A DNA stretch of 61,405 nt, counting the filler, from Callorhinchus milii (lineage: Eukaryota): assembly GCF_018977255.1 (NCBI RefSeq). It is 2 parts of 2 records of this genome, joined end to end, with 100 filler letters (N's around TTAATTAATTAA, not from the genome) between each part and the next. Parts side by side here need not be neighbours in the genome. Positions count along the whole stretch, not along the records: positions 1 to 30,657 come from NW_024705629.1; 1 more part is not named here. One strand, 5' to 3'. Both the position numbers and the translations under genes were made by a program. The notes under the pieces are model-generated. The model was not told the origin of the DNA and did not search any database. It worked only from the letters and a program-made list of their open reading frames with translations. Within the stretch, counting starts at the first letter, position 1. The number at the start of each line of letters is the position of its first letter. Of this stretch, positions 1-11,826 are shown one piece after another.

Positions 1-2952
1 GTGGTGCACGTGCGTGCACGTGTGTGCGTGCGCGTGCACGTGTGTGCGTGCGCGTGCACGTGTGTGCGTGCGCGTGCCGTGCGCGTGCGTGCGCGTGCGT
101 GCGCGTGCGTGCGCGTGCGTGCACACGCGTGCACGTGCGTGCACGTGCGTGCACGTGCGTGCACGTGCGTGCGTGCGCGTGCGTGCGTGCGCGCGCGTGC
201 ACGTCCACGCGTGTGCACACGTGGGTGCACGTATGTGCACGCGTGTTCACGTGTGTGCACGTGTGTGCGTGCGCGTGCACGCGCGTGCGTGCGCGTGCGT
301 GCGCGTGCGTGCGCGTGCGTGCACAGACGTGCACGTGTGTGCGTGCGCGTGCGTGCGCGTGCGTGTGTACGCGTGCGTGTGTACGCGTGCGTGTGTACGC
401 GTGTGCACGCGTGTGCACGCGTGTGCACGCGTGTGCACGTGTGTGCACGTGTTTGCGTGCGTGTGCACGTGTGTGCACGTGTGTGCACACGCGTGCACGC
501 GCGTGCACGTGCGTGCACGTGTGTGCACGTGTGTGCACGTGTGTGCGCGTGCGTGCATGCGCGTGCGTGCGCGTGTGTGCACACGTGTGTGCACGTGTGT
601 GCACGTGGGTGCACGTGTGTGCACGTGTGTGCACGTGCGTGCACGTGTGTGCACGTGTGTGCGCGTGCGTGCATGCGCGTGCGTGCACGTGTGTGCACAC
701 GTGTGTGCACGTGTGTGCACGTGGTGCACGTGTGTGCACGTGCGTGCACGCGCGTGCACGTGCGTGCGCGTGAGTGCGCGTGCGGCGCGTGCGCGTGCGT
801 GCGCGTGCGTGGCGCGTGGTGCACGTGCGTGCACGTGCGTGCACGTGTGTGCGTGCACGTGCGTGCACGTGTGTGCACGTGGTCACGTGCGTGCACGTGC
901 GTGCACGTGTGTGCACGTGTGTGCACACGCGTGCACGTGTGTGCACGTGTGTGCACACGTGTGTGCGCGTGCGTGCACGTGTATGCACGTGTGTGCACGT
1001 GCGTGAACGTGCGTGCGCGTGCGTGCACGTGCGTGCGCGTGGGTGCACGCGCGTGCGCGTGCGTGCACGCGCGTGCACGTGCGTGCGCGTGCGTGCGCGT
1101 GCGTGCACATGCGTGCACGTGCGTGCACGTGCGTGCACGTGCGTGCACACGCACGTGCACGTGTGTGCACGTCTGTGCACGTGCGTGCGCGTGCGTGTGC
1201 GTGCATGCACGTGCGTGCGCGTGCGCGTGCGTGCGCGTGTGTGCACGTGCGTGCACATGTGTGCGTGCGCGTGCACGTGTGTGCGTGCGCGTGCGTGCGC
1301 GTGCGTGCGCGTGCGTGCAAACGCGTGCACGTGTGTGCACGCGTGTGCACGCGGGTGCACGTGCGTGCACGTGCGTGCGCGTGCGTGTGCGTGCGCGCGC
1401 GTGCGCGTGCGTGCGCGTGCGTGCGCGTGTGTACACACGCGTGCACGTGTGTGCACGCGTGTGTGCACGTGTGTGCACGTGGGTGCACGTGTGTGCACGT
1501 GCGTGCACGTGTGTGCACGTGCGTGCACGTGCATGCACGTGCGTGCACGTGCGTGCGCGTGCGTGTGCGTGCACGTGCGTGTGCGTGCGTGCGCGTGCAT
1601 GCGCGTGCGTGCACGTGCGTGCGCGTGCGTGCACGTGCGTGCACGTGCCTGCACGTGCGTGCACGTGGGTGCACGTGCGTGCACGTGGGTGCGCGTGCGT
1701 GCACGTGCGTGCGCGTGCGTGCGCGTGCGTGCGCGTGCGTGCGCGTGTGTGCACGTGCGTGCACGTGTGTGCACGTGTGTGCACGTGTGTGCGCGTGCGT
1801 GCATGCGCGTGCGTGCTCGTGTGTGCACACGTGTGTGCACGTGTGTGCACGTGGGTGCACGTGTGTGCACGTGTGTGCACGTGCGTGCACGTGCGTGCAC
1901 GTGTGTGCGCGTGCGTGCATGCGCGTGCGTGCTCGTGTGTGCACACGTGTGTGCACGTGTGTGCACGTGGGTGCACGTGTGTGCACGTGGTGCACGTGCG
2001 TGCACGTGCGTGCACGTGCGTGCACGTGCGTCCACGTGCGTGCACGTGCGTGCACGTGTGTGCACGTGTGTGCGCGTGCGTGCATGCGCGTGCGTGCTCG
2101 TGTGTGCACACGTGTGTGCACGTGTGTGCACGTGGGTGCACGTGTGTGCACGTGTGTGCACGTGCGTGCGCGCGCGTGCGCGTGCGTGCGCGTGCGTGAG
2201 CGCGTGTGCACGTGCGTGCACGTGTGTGCACGTGCGTGCACGTGTGTGCACGTGCGTCCACGTGCGTGCACGTGTGTGCACGTGTGTGCACGTCTGTGCA
2301 CGTGCGTGCGCGTGCGTGCGCGTGCATGCACGTGCGTGCGCGTGCGTGCGCGTGCACGGCGTGCACGTGTGTGCGTGCGCGTGCGTGCGCGTGCGTGCGC
2401 GTGCGTGCGCGTGCGTGCAAACGCGTGCACGTGTGTGCACGCGTGTGCACGCGGGTGCACGTGCGTGCACGTGCGTGCGCGTGCGTGTGCGTGCCGCGCG
2501 TGCGCGTGCGTGCGCGTGCGTGCGCGTGTGTACACACGCGTGCACGTGTGTGCACGCGTGTGTGCACGTGTGTGCACGTGCGTGCACGTGTGTGCACGTG
2601 CGTGCACGTGCGTGCACGTGCGTGCACGTGCGTGCGCGTGCGTGTGCCTGCACGTGCGTGCACGTGGGTGCACGTGCGTGCACGCGCGTGCACGTGGGTG
2701 CACGCGCGTGCACGTGGGTGCACGCGTGTGCACGTGGTGCGCGTGCGTGCACGTGCGTGCGCGTGCGTGCGCGTGCGTGCGCGTGTGTGCACGTGCGTGC
2801 ACGTGTGTGCACGTGTGTGCACGTGTGTGCGCGTGCGTGCACGTGTGTGCGCGTGCGTGCATGCGCGTGCGTGCTCGTGTGTGCACACGTGTGTGCACGT
2901 GTGTGCACGTGGGTGCACGTGTGTGCACGTGTGTGCACGTGCGTGCACGTGT
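1..2952. repeat. Low-complexity alternating purine-pyrimidine microsatellite (GTGC/GTGT/ACGT, rich in GTGCAC)
   Basis: Sequence is built almost entirely of GTGC, GTGT and GCAC tetramers; the long ORFs here are V/C/A/R/H/T repeat translations. Confidence 0.95.
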
Positions 2953-4380
2953 GTCGGCTCGGCTTGTTGTCGGCTCGGCTTGTTGTCGGCTCGGCTTGTT
3001 GTCGGCTCGGCTTGTTGTCGGCTCGGCTTGTTGTCGGCTCGGCTTGTTGTCGGCTCGGCTTGTTGTCGGCTCGGCTTGTTGTCGGCTCGGCTTGTTGTCG
3101 GCCGGGTTGTTGTCGGCCGGGTTGTTGTCGGCCGGGGGTTGTTGTCGGCCGGGGTTGTTGTCGGCCGGGGTTGTTGTCGGCCGGGGGTTGTTGTCGGCCG
3201 GGGGTTGCTGTCGGCCGGGGGTTGCTGTCGGGGGTGCGGCCGGGGGTTGCTGTCGGCCGGGGGTTGCTGTCGGCCGGGGGTTGCTGTCGGCCGGGGGTTG
3301 CTGTCGGCCGGGGGTTGCTGTCGGCCGGGGGTTGCTGTCGGCCGGGGGTTGCTGTCGGCCGGGGTTGCTGTCGGCCGGGGGTTGCTGTCGGCCGGGGGTT
3401 GCTGTCGGCCGGGGGTTGCTGTCGGCCGGGGGTTGCTGTCGGCCGGGGGTTGCTGTCGGCCGGGGGTTGCTGTCGGCCGGGGGTTGCTGTCGGCCGGGGG
3501 TTGCTGTCGGCCGGGGGTTGCTGTCGGCCGGGGGTTGCTGTCGGCCGGGGGTTGCTGTCGGCCGGGGGTTGCTGTCGGCGGGGGTGCGGGGGGGTTGCTG
3601 TCGGCCGGGGGTTGCTGTCGGCCGGGGGTTGCTGCGGCCGGGGGTTGCTGCCGGCCGGGGGGGGGGGGGGTTGCTGCGGCCGGGGGTTGCTGCGGCCGGG
3701 GGTTGCTGCCGGCCGGGGGTTGCTGCCGGCCGGGGGTTGCTGCCGGCCGGGGGTTGCTGCCGGCCGGGGGTTGCTGCCGGCCGGGGGTTGCTGCCGGCCG
3801 GGGGTTGCTGCCGGCCGGGGGTTGCTGCCGGCCGGGGGTTGCTGCCGGCCGGGGGTTGCTGCCGGCCGGGGGTTGCTGCCGGCCGGGGGTTGCTGCCGCC
3901 GGGGGTTGCTGCCGGCCGGGGGTTGCTGCCGGCCGGGGGTTGCTGCCGGCCGGGGGTTGCTGCCGGCCGGGGGTTGCTGCCGGCCGGGGGTTGCTGCCGG
4001 CCGGGGGTTGCTGCCGGCCGGGGGTTGCTGCCGGCCGGGGGTTGCTGCCGGCCGGGGGTTGCTGCCGGCCGGGGGTTGCTGCCGGCCGGGGGTTGCTGCC
4101 GGCCGGGGGTTGCTGCCGGCCGGGGGTTGCTGCCGGCCGGGGGTTGCTGCCGGCCGGGGGTTGCTGCCGGCCGGGGGTTGCTGCCGGCCGGGGGTTGCTG
4201 CCGGCCGGGGGTTGCTGCCGGCCGGGGGTTGCTGCCGGCCGGGGGTTGCTGCCGGCCGGGGGTTGCTGCCGGCCGGCCGGGGGTTGCTGCCGGCCGGGGG
4301 TTGCTGCCGCCGGGGGTTGCTGCCGGCCGGGGGTTGCTGCCGGCCGGGGGTTGCTGCCTGCCGGGGGTTGCTGCCTGCCG
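2953..4380. repeat. 16-17-bp GC-rich tandem minisatellite with a drifting unit
   Basis: Unit changes from GTCGGCTCGGCTTGTT to GTCGGCCGGGGGTTGCT to GCCGGCCGGGGGTTGCT along the array. Confidence 0.95.
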
Positions 4381-4391
4381 GTGTCGTTTTT

Positions 4392-4757
4392 TTTATACAG
4401 CAATTCAGACCGTATCTCTACGGACGTCATTTTACTGTTCGTACGGACCACGCGGCTCTCCAATACGCAATGCGGGTGGCGCAACCCTCCGGCCAATTGT
4501 CCCGATGGCTGGAGGTCCTACAAGACTACCAGTTCACGACGATTTACCGAAAGGGATTGCGGCACTCGAATGCGGATGCCTTGTCGCGATTGCCGCCTCG
4601 CTCGGAATGCGCGTGTTTTCTGGGATCGGCGCGGTGTAAACCCCCTGTCGCCGCTCGCGCGGGAGTTTTGCTCGCCACCACTGATGCTCCAGAGGTCGTT
4701 TTGCCCGCCGCTCCCACGGGCGGGGACTCGTTACTCGCGTTACCTCTTATCGAGTAG
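4392..4757 (+). pseudogene. Gypsy pol RNase H fragment ending in a premature stop
   Basis: C-terminal part of ORF 774..4757: IQQFRPYLYGRHFTVRTDHAALQY...RWLEVLQDYQFTTIYRKGLRHSNADALSRLP. RT is absent upstream, replaced by the minisatellite. Confidence 0.9.
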
Positions 4758-5012
4758 GGCCGTCTCCAAATGGCCGACAGCTCCCTACTCACGCTGCGGC
4801 GGAAGGCGGAGGCTCCCGAGGGGGGGAGACGCGGGTCAGTTGGTGGGTGGTCAGACAGGGCCTCCTGATGAAGTGGGACAATATGTCCCGGCGCCATACG
4901 CTCGTTGTGCCATCTGCTTTACGGGGTAGGGTCGTTCTGGCTGCTCACGAACGCCTCATGCATTTGGGATTTCACAAAACGCTTGCCCTACTCCAACGGG
5001 ACTATTATTATT

Positions 5013-5140
5013 AACCCTAGCAGACAACAACCCTAGCAGACAACAACCCTAGCAGACAATAACCCTAGCAGACAACAACCCTAGCAGACAACAACCCTAG
5101 CAGACAACAACCCTAGCAGACAACAACCCTAGCAGACAAC
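5013..5140 (+). repeat. Eight copies of the 16-bp unit AACCCTAGCAGACAAC inserted in the integrase zinc-binding domain
   Basis: 128 bp = 8 units (one C>T variant); splits the expected DYY(W)PGM motif. Confidence 0.95.
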
Positions 5141-5148
5141 AACCGGGT

Positions 5149-6384
5149 ATGGGGAGCGACGTGGAGAACATCCTCAAGGGATGTGTGGGGTGCGCTCGAA
5201 GGAAACCACCACAGATAGCGGCTAATCCACCGCTGCAATCCTTTCAGGTTTCGCGCACGAACGAATTGGTTGCGCTCGACATTTTGGGGCCCTTTCCCGC
5301 TACACCTAGGGGTAACAAATACCTGCTGGTCGGCGTAGAATACTTCACCCGATGGCCTATGGCGTGGCTACTCGCCAACCAGTCGGCTGCGGCGGTGGCG
5401 GACGCCTTTGTCCAGGGCTATGTTTTGGACAAAGGCGCCCCAGAACGCTTGCTGACGGACCAAGGAAAGCATTTTTCGAGCGTTTTGTTGCGCGAGGTGT
5501 GTGACCTGTTGGGTACAAAAAAAGTGCGTACCTCCCCGTACCACCCGCAGACTGATGGAATGGTTGAACGTCTAAACAGAACGATTACTTCTATGCTGTG
5601 CCAACAGGTCTGCAACAATCAGGTTGATTGGGACTTACAGGTACCCGGGGTACTCGCGGCCTATCGTATGGCCCCCCATGCGGCAACGGGGTTTTCCCCA
5701 TTTTTTCTCATGTATGGGCGGGAGGCTGATCCGCCTATGGATGTCCAACTGGGGATTTCCCAGCCACGTGCGAAATCCAAATTGGCCAACCACATCAAAT
5801 TTAATATCGCCAAGCTGGCTGAAGTGCGAGAGGCTGCAAGGTTGAATTCGAGGTCGCGCCAGGTCGCTAACGAAAGGTTGCATGAACGGAAAGTGTATAC
5901 GCACGATTGTAAAACAGGCGATAAGGCCTGGCTGCATTGCCCACATGCACCGTTGGCCACGTCCCCTAAGTTGTTGAGACCATGGAGTGGACCTGTGGAA
6001 ATCGTGCGTATTGCGCGACCCCAGTGTATCCAGATTAAATGGGGAAAACGCCGTTGGTACGTACACCCCTCCCGGCTGAAACCTTTCGCGGAAACCCATG
6101 ACCTCCCTGTGTGCCGTAACGACCGAGCGTGTGATGGGGCCTTCGGCTCGGGGTGGGAGGTGTCGCAGTCTGATCCTCACGTATCTCCGCCTGACCTACT
6201 CCCAGGTGTCACGGACCTGACGGCGGCTGACCACCGAGAGCCGGAATCCCGAGGCGCGCACGGATCTACAATACCTGCCCCGTGCCTCCCTGGACTGCCG
6301 GCGCCACCGGACGGTGAACCGCGTCTGGCTCCGTACGACGGACCGGCCAGGCGGACTCGTGCTAAGACTAGCCACTTTTCCTGA
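5149..6384 (+). pseudogene. Gypsy integrase (open 411-aa remnant of a disrupted pol)
   Basis: CVGC zinc ligands; LDILGP, TDQGKHF, YHPQTDGMVERLN (DDE); WSGPVEI (GPY/F). The HH half (AAHERLMHLGFHKT) lies at ~4940-4985, before the repeat insertion. Confidence 0.9.
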
Positions 6385-6684
6385 GGGGGGGGGGCCGAGA
6401 TTGCGGCTCGGCGCCACGTTCCCCTTCTGCCCGGTACATTGCCCCGTTCAAGCGGTGGTCAGAAATGAAGGGACGCTGCACGAGTCATTTTTGTATATAC
6501 GTTTATTGTTGTCGCTCGCCGCTTGTACATATTGTTGCGGTGATATGCTCTGCTTATGGATGGCGGAGTTCTTATTGTGTTGTTGTGATTGTTGTTGGTG
6601 TTACGGGGCACACACTAATTGGGGAGGGAAATAAAAAAAAAAATTAGCAGCCGGGTCGGCTGCGAGCTATGTGGTAGGGGGTGA

Positions 6685-7284
6685 TGTAGTGGCGGTGCGC
6701 GCTGACAAGGTGGAGGTGTGGGTGTGCGCGCGCCGGGCGTGGCTACATCGAGTGTGGGGGTGTTGACGCACGCTGACAGTGATGGATCACGGGGCGGCGC
6801 TGGGTGCGTGGTTATGCACGCAGACACGATATGGGAAACAGGATCGTGGGCAGCGCGCTGGGTGATTGGTCAACTTGGGTGGGTGCTCTCAGCGACGTCC
6901 GCATGGAGGACTATAAAGGGGGACGCGCGAGAGCACTCGGGGAGTTATTACCAGCTGAAGATCGAAGACGGAGTTGAAGAGATAGGGCCCTGAGACCCCT
7001 AGCCCCGCTGTCCTTGTAAGGGCCGGGACCCTGTGCGGCTCAGAGGCGAGGCTGTGGGACCCGGGGCCTGGTGTCCATGTGGAACCAGGTTGTGGGACCC
7101 AGAGTCGAGACTAATAACCCAGCCGGGTGTGTTCCAAGAAGCTACGGGGCGTGAGAGCCCGTGTGGGTATAGCTCAGGGGAACCTCGTGGGTTATGTGGC
7201 AGTTGCCACCCGTGTAACAGTTTGGTGTTAATAAAAAGGTGTGCTACCCGTCAAAGTCGTCTCCCGCCAAGTGACTACTTTACA
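6685..7284 (+). mobile_element. 3' LTR of the Gypsy element (600 bp)
   Basis: Starts TGTAGT right after the PPT GGTAGGGGGTGA and ends TTTACA; TATAAA at ~6912 and AATAAA at ~7230. Confidence 0.8.
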
Positions 7285-7545
7285 CATACAAAGCGCTGGC
7301 CACAAGTGAACCCCAATACCTTGCTGGTATCATCAAAGAGCATCAACCATCACGCAAACTCCGGTCATCCTCGTAGCAGCTTTTGGCAAGTCATCGAACA
7401 AAGACGGTCGCTGCATTGCACGCTTTCAGATGCACTTCTGCAGCCGTCTGGAATGTTCTTCCCTCCGAGATTAAGAAGTGACTGGAGCTACGCATTTTTA
7501 AAATCTAAGTTGAAAATATATTTTCTTTAGAACTGCTTTTCGTGC
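7285..7545 (+). mobile_element. L2/CR1-group LINE ORF2 3' remnant (target of the Gypsy insertion)
   Basis: Hand translation across stops and frameshifts gives YKALATSEPQYL...PSRKLRSS...AF...WNVLPSEIK...FKSKLK...AF, the typical L2-clade ORF2 C-terminus. Confidence 0.7.
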
Positions 7546-7620
7546 TTAGTTTGGTGTCCCTCCCCGGCACCTCCGATGACCATGGTTGGCTATGTACGGT
7601 GTGAAAGAAGTTCAACATAC

Positions 7621-8213
7621 ACACCAACATGGACACTCGCTAAATATACTAACCAACATGAACACTCGCTAAAATAACTTAACCAACATGGACACTCGCT
7701 AAATAACCTAACCATCATGGACACTCGCTAAATAACCTAACCATCATGGACACTCGCTAAATAACCTAACCAACATGGACACTCGCTAAATGACCTAACC
7801 AACATGGACACTCACTAAGTAACCTAACCATCATAGACACTCGCTAAATGATCTAACCAACATGGACACTCGCTAAATAACCTAACCAACATGGACACTC
7901 GCTAAATAACCTAACCAACATGGACACTCGCTAAATGATCTAACCAACATGGACACTCGCTAAATAACCTAACCAACATGGACACTCGCTAAATAACCTA
8001 ACCAACATGGACACTCGCTAAATAACCTAAGCAACATGGACACTCACTAAGTAACCAAACCATCATGGACACTCGCTAAATAACCTAACCAACATGGACA
8101 CTCGCTAAATAACCTAACCAACATGGACACTCGCTAAATAACCTAACCAACATGGACACTCGCTAAATGACCTAACCAACATGGACACTCGCTGAAATAC
8201 CTTAACCAACATG
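7621..8213. repeat. 29-bp minisatellite AACCAACATGGACACTCGCTAAATAACCT, about 20 copies
   Basis: Direct tandem copies with few substitutions. Confidence 0.95.
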
Positions 8214-8244
8214 GTGCTGTAGCGCCACCGTGTGGTCACGTGGT

Positions 8245-8462
8245 ACAACTGCAGTGCCTGGCGCGGTGACAGCAGCAGTGGCGCTGTGCGGCGTCTTCAC
8301 GGCTTCATCGCAGCCAACCCGCTTGGGACTAACGCCAGGACGCCGCAGCAGCAGCAGCGACTCACAACTGCGGGAACGCGCGGGGTGACGCCTGACAGCG
8401 GCAACTGCTGGCGAACTGTGTTGGCCTGTACTGCACATGTCCACCAAGATGGCAGACGTAAC
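8245..8462 (+). repeat. Dispersed repeat with a second, diverged copy at ~10622-10795
   Basis: ACAACTGCAGTGCC...CAGCAGCAGTGGC...TCTTCACGGCTTCAT...AACGCCAGGACGCC...CAGCGACTCACAACT occurs at both sites. Confidence 0.8.
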
Positions 8463-8805
8463 CACGAATTGAATACCAGACAAGTTTAGTGGCGATTGCT
8501 TTCACGGTGTGGATTTGTATTTGGAACATACTTTCATTTTCATACATGGAAGTGTCGGAGATTGAATAAAAAAATACACGTTACATGGAGTTACTATTTT
8601 TTTTATGTGAAGAACACAGGTGCTGAGAGAAATTAGAAAGGGGAAGAGATAATTAAGGAAGTGGCACTGTAGAGGGCGCAGCGAGCAATAGAGGGCAGGT
8701 GGTGAACGAGAGTCGTGACAGGCGGCTAGAGGATGATTGATGGGAAGGCGCGTGCGGAGCGAGGCGTCACGTGGGGGGAGGTTGAGGGCGGGGAGCGTCG
8801 TAGGC

Positions 8806-8907
8806 AGGGGCGGGGCGGGGCGGGGCGGGGCGGGGCGGGGCGGGGCGGGGGGCGGGGCGGGGCCGGGGCGGGGCGGGGCGGGGCGGGCGGGGCGGGGCGG
8901 GGCGGGG
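8806..8907 (+). repeat. (GGGGC)n tract with GC-box and G-quadruplex potential
   Basis: About 20 GGGGC units. Confidence 0.85.
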
Positions 8908-9560
8908 ATTCCCCACGCAGGGCGCCATCTTGGCTGGTCACCGTGTGGAGGACGCGTGGTTCTTGTGGCGTCGTTGAATTCGTCTTCAACTACCGATCAC
9001 AGCTGCTCCATGTGGCTTAGCAGCTCCTCAAGGTGGATCACCAGCTCGACCATATGGCTTAGCAGCTCGTCAAGGTGGATTCCACCTCCTCAAGGTGAGT
9101 TGCCAGCTCATTCAGTGGAATTGTTTTGTCAAACACAGTTACGAGGCCTGTCTTGTGTTTAGAGTTAGTAATAGCCTAGACTCGTAGACCGTCGCTTTTT
9201 TAAGTGTAACATTAAAGCTATTTAAGTGCAAAATCCTCACATTGTTTTTCATTGTAACGAGGCGAGGAGGAGGCTGTAACACGTTCCCAAGAGGGATGAA
9301 GTTTTAAATCGTGCGTCAACACGTGTTTAGATTGCGGCCTGCGTGGTGATTATCGGCAGCCTGTATGTAATTCAGGCGAGTCCGCGCTCTGAATATTGAG
9401 TTTTTGCGAGGTTTTTTCAAATATACTTCCCTGCGATCGATTTCGTTTATTTTGTGTAATCTGACAGTGATTGTCAACCCCCCCCCCCGCAATCATTTCC
9501 CGAAATATATTTCAGAACAAACGTTAAGGTGCAAAGTTGACAATTTGTCAATACAAAAGA

Positions 9561-10618
9561 GGGTTGGGTTTGGGTTTGTTTAGGGTTAGCGGTTAAGGGT
9601 TAGGGTCAGGGGGGTTAGGGTTTTGGGATAGGGTTAGTATGATATATGTAGATTAAAAGTCAGACATTTCACGATGAAATGTTCAAGTAAATATTAAAAT
9701 TGGCATACTAACTTATGCCGTTTTTAGCCAAAATAAGCCAAATTTCCACAGCTTTATTTTTCAACAAATTCGGTTGGGTCAGCCTTAGTATGCCATATGT
9801 TTAATTAAAAGTCAGAAATTTCACTATGCAATTTTCACGTCCATAAAAAATAAGCATGCTAACCTATGTCGTTTTAGCCAAAATTAGCAAAATGTTTACA
9901 TCTTTATTTTTCAACAAAAGTTCATTCCTCTTTTGTATTTAGCCGTAGTATGCTATATATTACATTAAAAGTGAGAAATTTAACGATTGCATTTTCACAT
10001 CTCTAAAAGATATCAGCATACTAACCTATGCAGTTTATTTGCTAAAATGAGCCAAATTTTCACATCTTAATTTTCCAAGAAAAAGTTAATTCCTCCTTTT
10101 TGTTTAGCATTAGTATGCTATATATTACATTAAAAGTGAGACATTTCACCATTACATTTTCACGTCTCAAAAAGAAAATCAGCATACTAACTTATACAGT
10201 TTTTTTGCCAAAATGAGCCAAATTTCCATAGCTTTATTTTTTAACAAAAAGTGCATTCCTCCATTGTGTTTGCTGTAGTATGCTACGTATTACGTACAAA
10301 ATTTAAAATTTCACGATAAAATTTTCACCTCAGGTTTGCCAAGAAAATCATCATACCTTCTTTGGCCAAAAAGCAAATTGGCATACTAGCCTATGCCGTT
10401 TATGAACAAAATTGTGTAAGGGTTTGGGTGAGGGTTAGGATTAGGGGTTAGGGCTAGGAGTTAGTGGTTGGGGGTTAGGGTTAAGGTAGTTAGGGTCCAG
10501 GTCGATGTTAAGGGTTAGGGTCATGGTTGGATTAGGGTTAGAGTTCAGGGTTAGGGTTAGTTGAGAGTTAGGCATTAGGGTTAGGGTCAAGTTCAGGGGG
10601 TTAGGGTTAAGGGTTAGT
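9561..10618 (+). repeat. Two degenerate TTAGGG-like tracts (~9561-9637, ~10417-10618) bracketing an AT-rich ~160-bp tandem repeat
   Basis: TTAGGG/TTGGG/TCAGGG variants at both ends; ATTAAAAGT(C/G)AGA(C/A)ATTT recurs at ~9653, 9805, 9964, 10129 and, degenerate, near 10297. Confidence 0.75.
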
Positions 10619-11070
10619 ATGACAACTGCAGTGCCTCGGCACGATAACAGCAGCAGTGGCACTGTGTGGTGTCTTCACGGCTTCATTGCAGCCAACCGTA
10701 CTTCGGACAAACGCCAGGACGCCACATCACCAGCGACTCACAACTACGAATTGATTGCTTGTGATACTGCACTTGTCCACCAGAGGGGACACGTAACACG
10801 TCAAGCACGGTAAAAATAATATTTAAAAAAACTTTTTTTTAAACACGCTTTTATAAAATGTACGAGTAATGACAGAACTCCACGACTCCAGGAAGTGGCC
10901 CTGAAGCTTTCCAAAACGTAAGGGACCGTGGCCAATTACAGCCAATGTCAGTTGACGGTGGACAATTAGACCCAAGCCAAAACATAACATATAAAAAATA
11001 TTGTTTAAAAATAAATAAAAAATTATGATAGAATATAGTATTTGTCATTAGTTTGACATAAGTATACCAA

Positions 11071-11330
11071 TTTAACACGTAGGCTTTCGCGACCAATGTT
11101 ATTCATAATCAACGTTTTTGGGTTTAGATCGCGTTTATTTATAAATGTGTCGTAACCCTCCACCAACTGACACGGCCAATCAGTAAAAAATGTGTCACGT
11201 TGACAAAGACAAATAGTTCACTGCTTTAGCCCACCGGTGTGTTGAAGCCACAACATTTACAATTTGAGTACGACGTTTCGCTGGTAATTGCAACCAGCAT
11301 CATCGGGCAATTCGCCAGAATGGTGATTCA
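11071..11330 (-). mobile_element. pLTR fragment of a second PLE family with a mutated hammerhead; its end is duplicated in inverted orientation at 11921-11998
   Basis: Minus strand reads CCGATGA-TGCTGGTTGCAATTACCAGC-GAAACGTC; homologous to ~34200-34400; 11071-11149 is the reverse complement of 11921-11998. Confidence 0.65.
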
Positions 11331-11596
11331 ACTCATCTCGCTGAGACGCGTTTAAAGGCATATTTGAGGCATCTCACTTGCAACCCTAAGAAGTCCTAAA
11401 TCCAAAGCAGGAGTCTCAATTCCAAATCTCGGAGTTCCGATTCTTCATGCGGGAATGTGAACACCAAGGAAGTGGTTGTGGGGCTCCCGGAAATGGAATA
11501 GGGACTCCCAAAATAATCCATATACAGTACCCTGTTAGCCTAGTTAGGGTTATGGTAAACGGTTAGGGGTCAATGAGAAGTGAATTCCTCCATTGA

Positions 11597-11826
11597 ATTG
11601 TGTCTTACAATGCTGTATATACAATAAAAACTGGGCAATTTAACATGCATATTTTTTGGGTGAAAAAAATCGACATAGCAGTCAAATACACTAAATGCAT
11701 GTGGAGGGAAAAAGCCACACGACCATGGGGAGAACATGCAAACTACGAACATACAGCAGGTGTGAGGGACGGGGTTCAACTTACGACTTCCTGTATACCA
11801 GGCAAGGTAGTTACATTCTTGCCACT
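11597..11826 (-). mobile_element. tRNA-derived V-domain SINE with a 17-bp target-site duplication
   Basis: Minus strand contains GTAGTTTGCATGTTCTCCCCATGG (V-domain-like); GTGAATTCCTCCATTGA flanks it at 11580-11596 and 11827-11843. Confidence 0.75.

Larger units (their letters stand above)
4381..7284 (+). mobile_element. 5'-truncated, degenerate Ty3/Gypsy LTR retrotransposon (RNase H, integrase, PPT, 3' LTR)
   Basis: RNase H motifs FRPYLYGRHFTVRTDH and HSNADALSRLP; integrase HHCC, DDE and GPY/F motifs in Gypsy domain order; purine tract 6673-6684 then a TG...CA LTR. Confidence 0.92.

Noticed and set aside
1..4929. Very long ORFs (up to 1327 aa) in several frames
   Set aside because: They arise from stop-free simple repeats; only the RNase H part after ~4390 is real coding remnant.
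10417..10618. True telomere or chromosome fusion site
   Set aside because: The tract is short, degenerate and in one orientation, with no head-to-head TTAGGG/CCCTAA junction.
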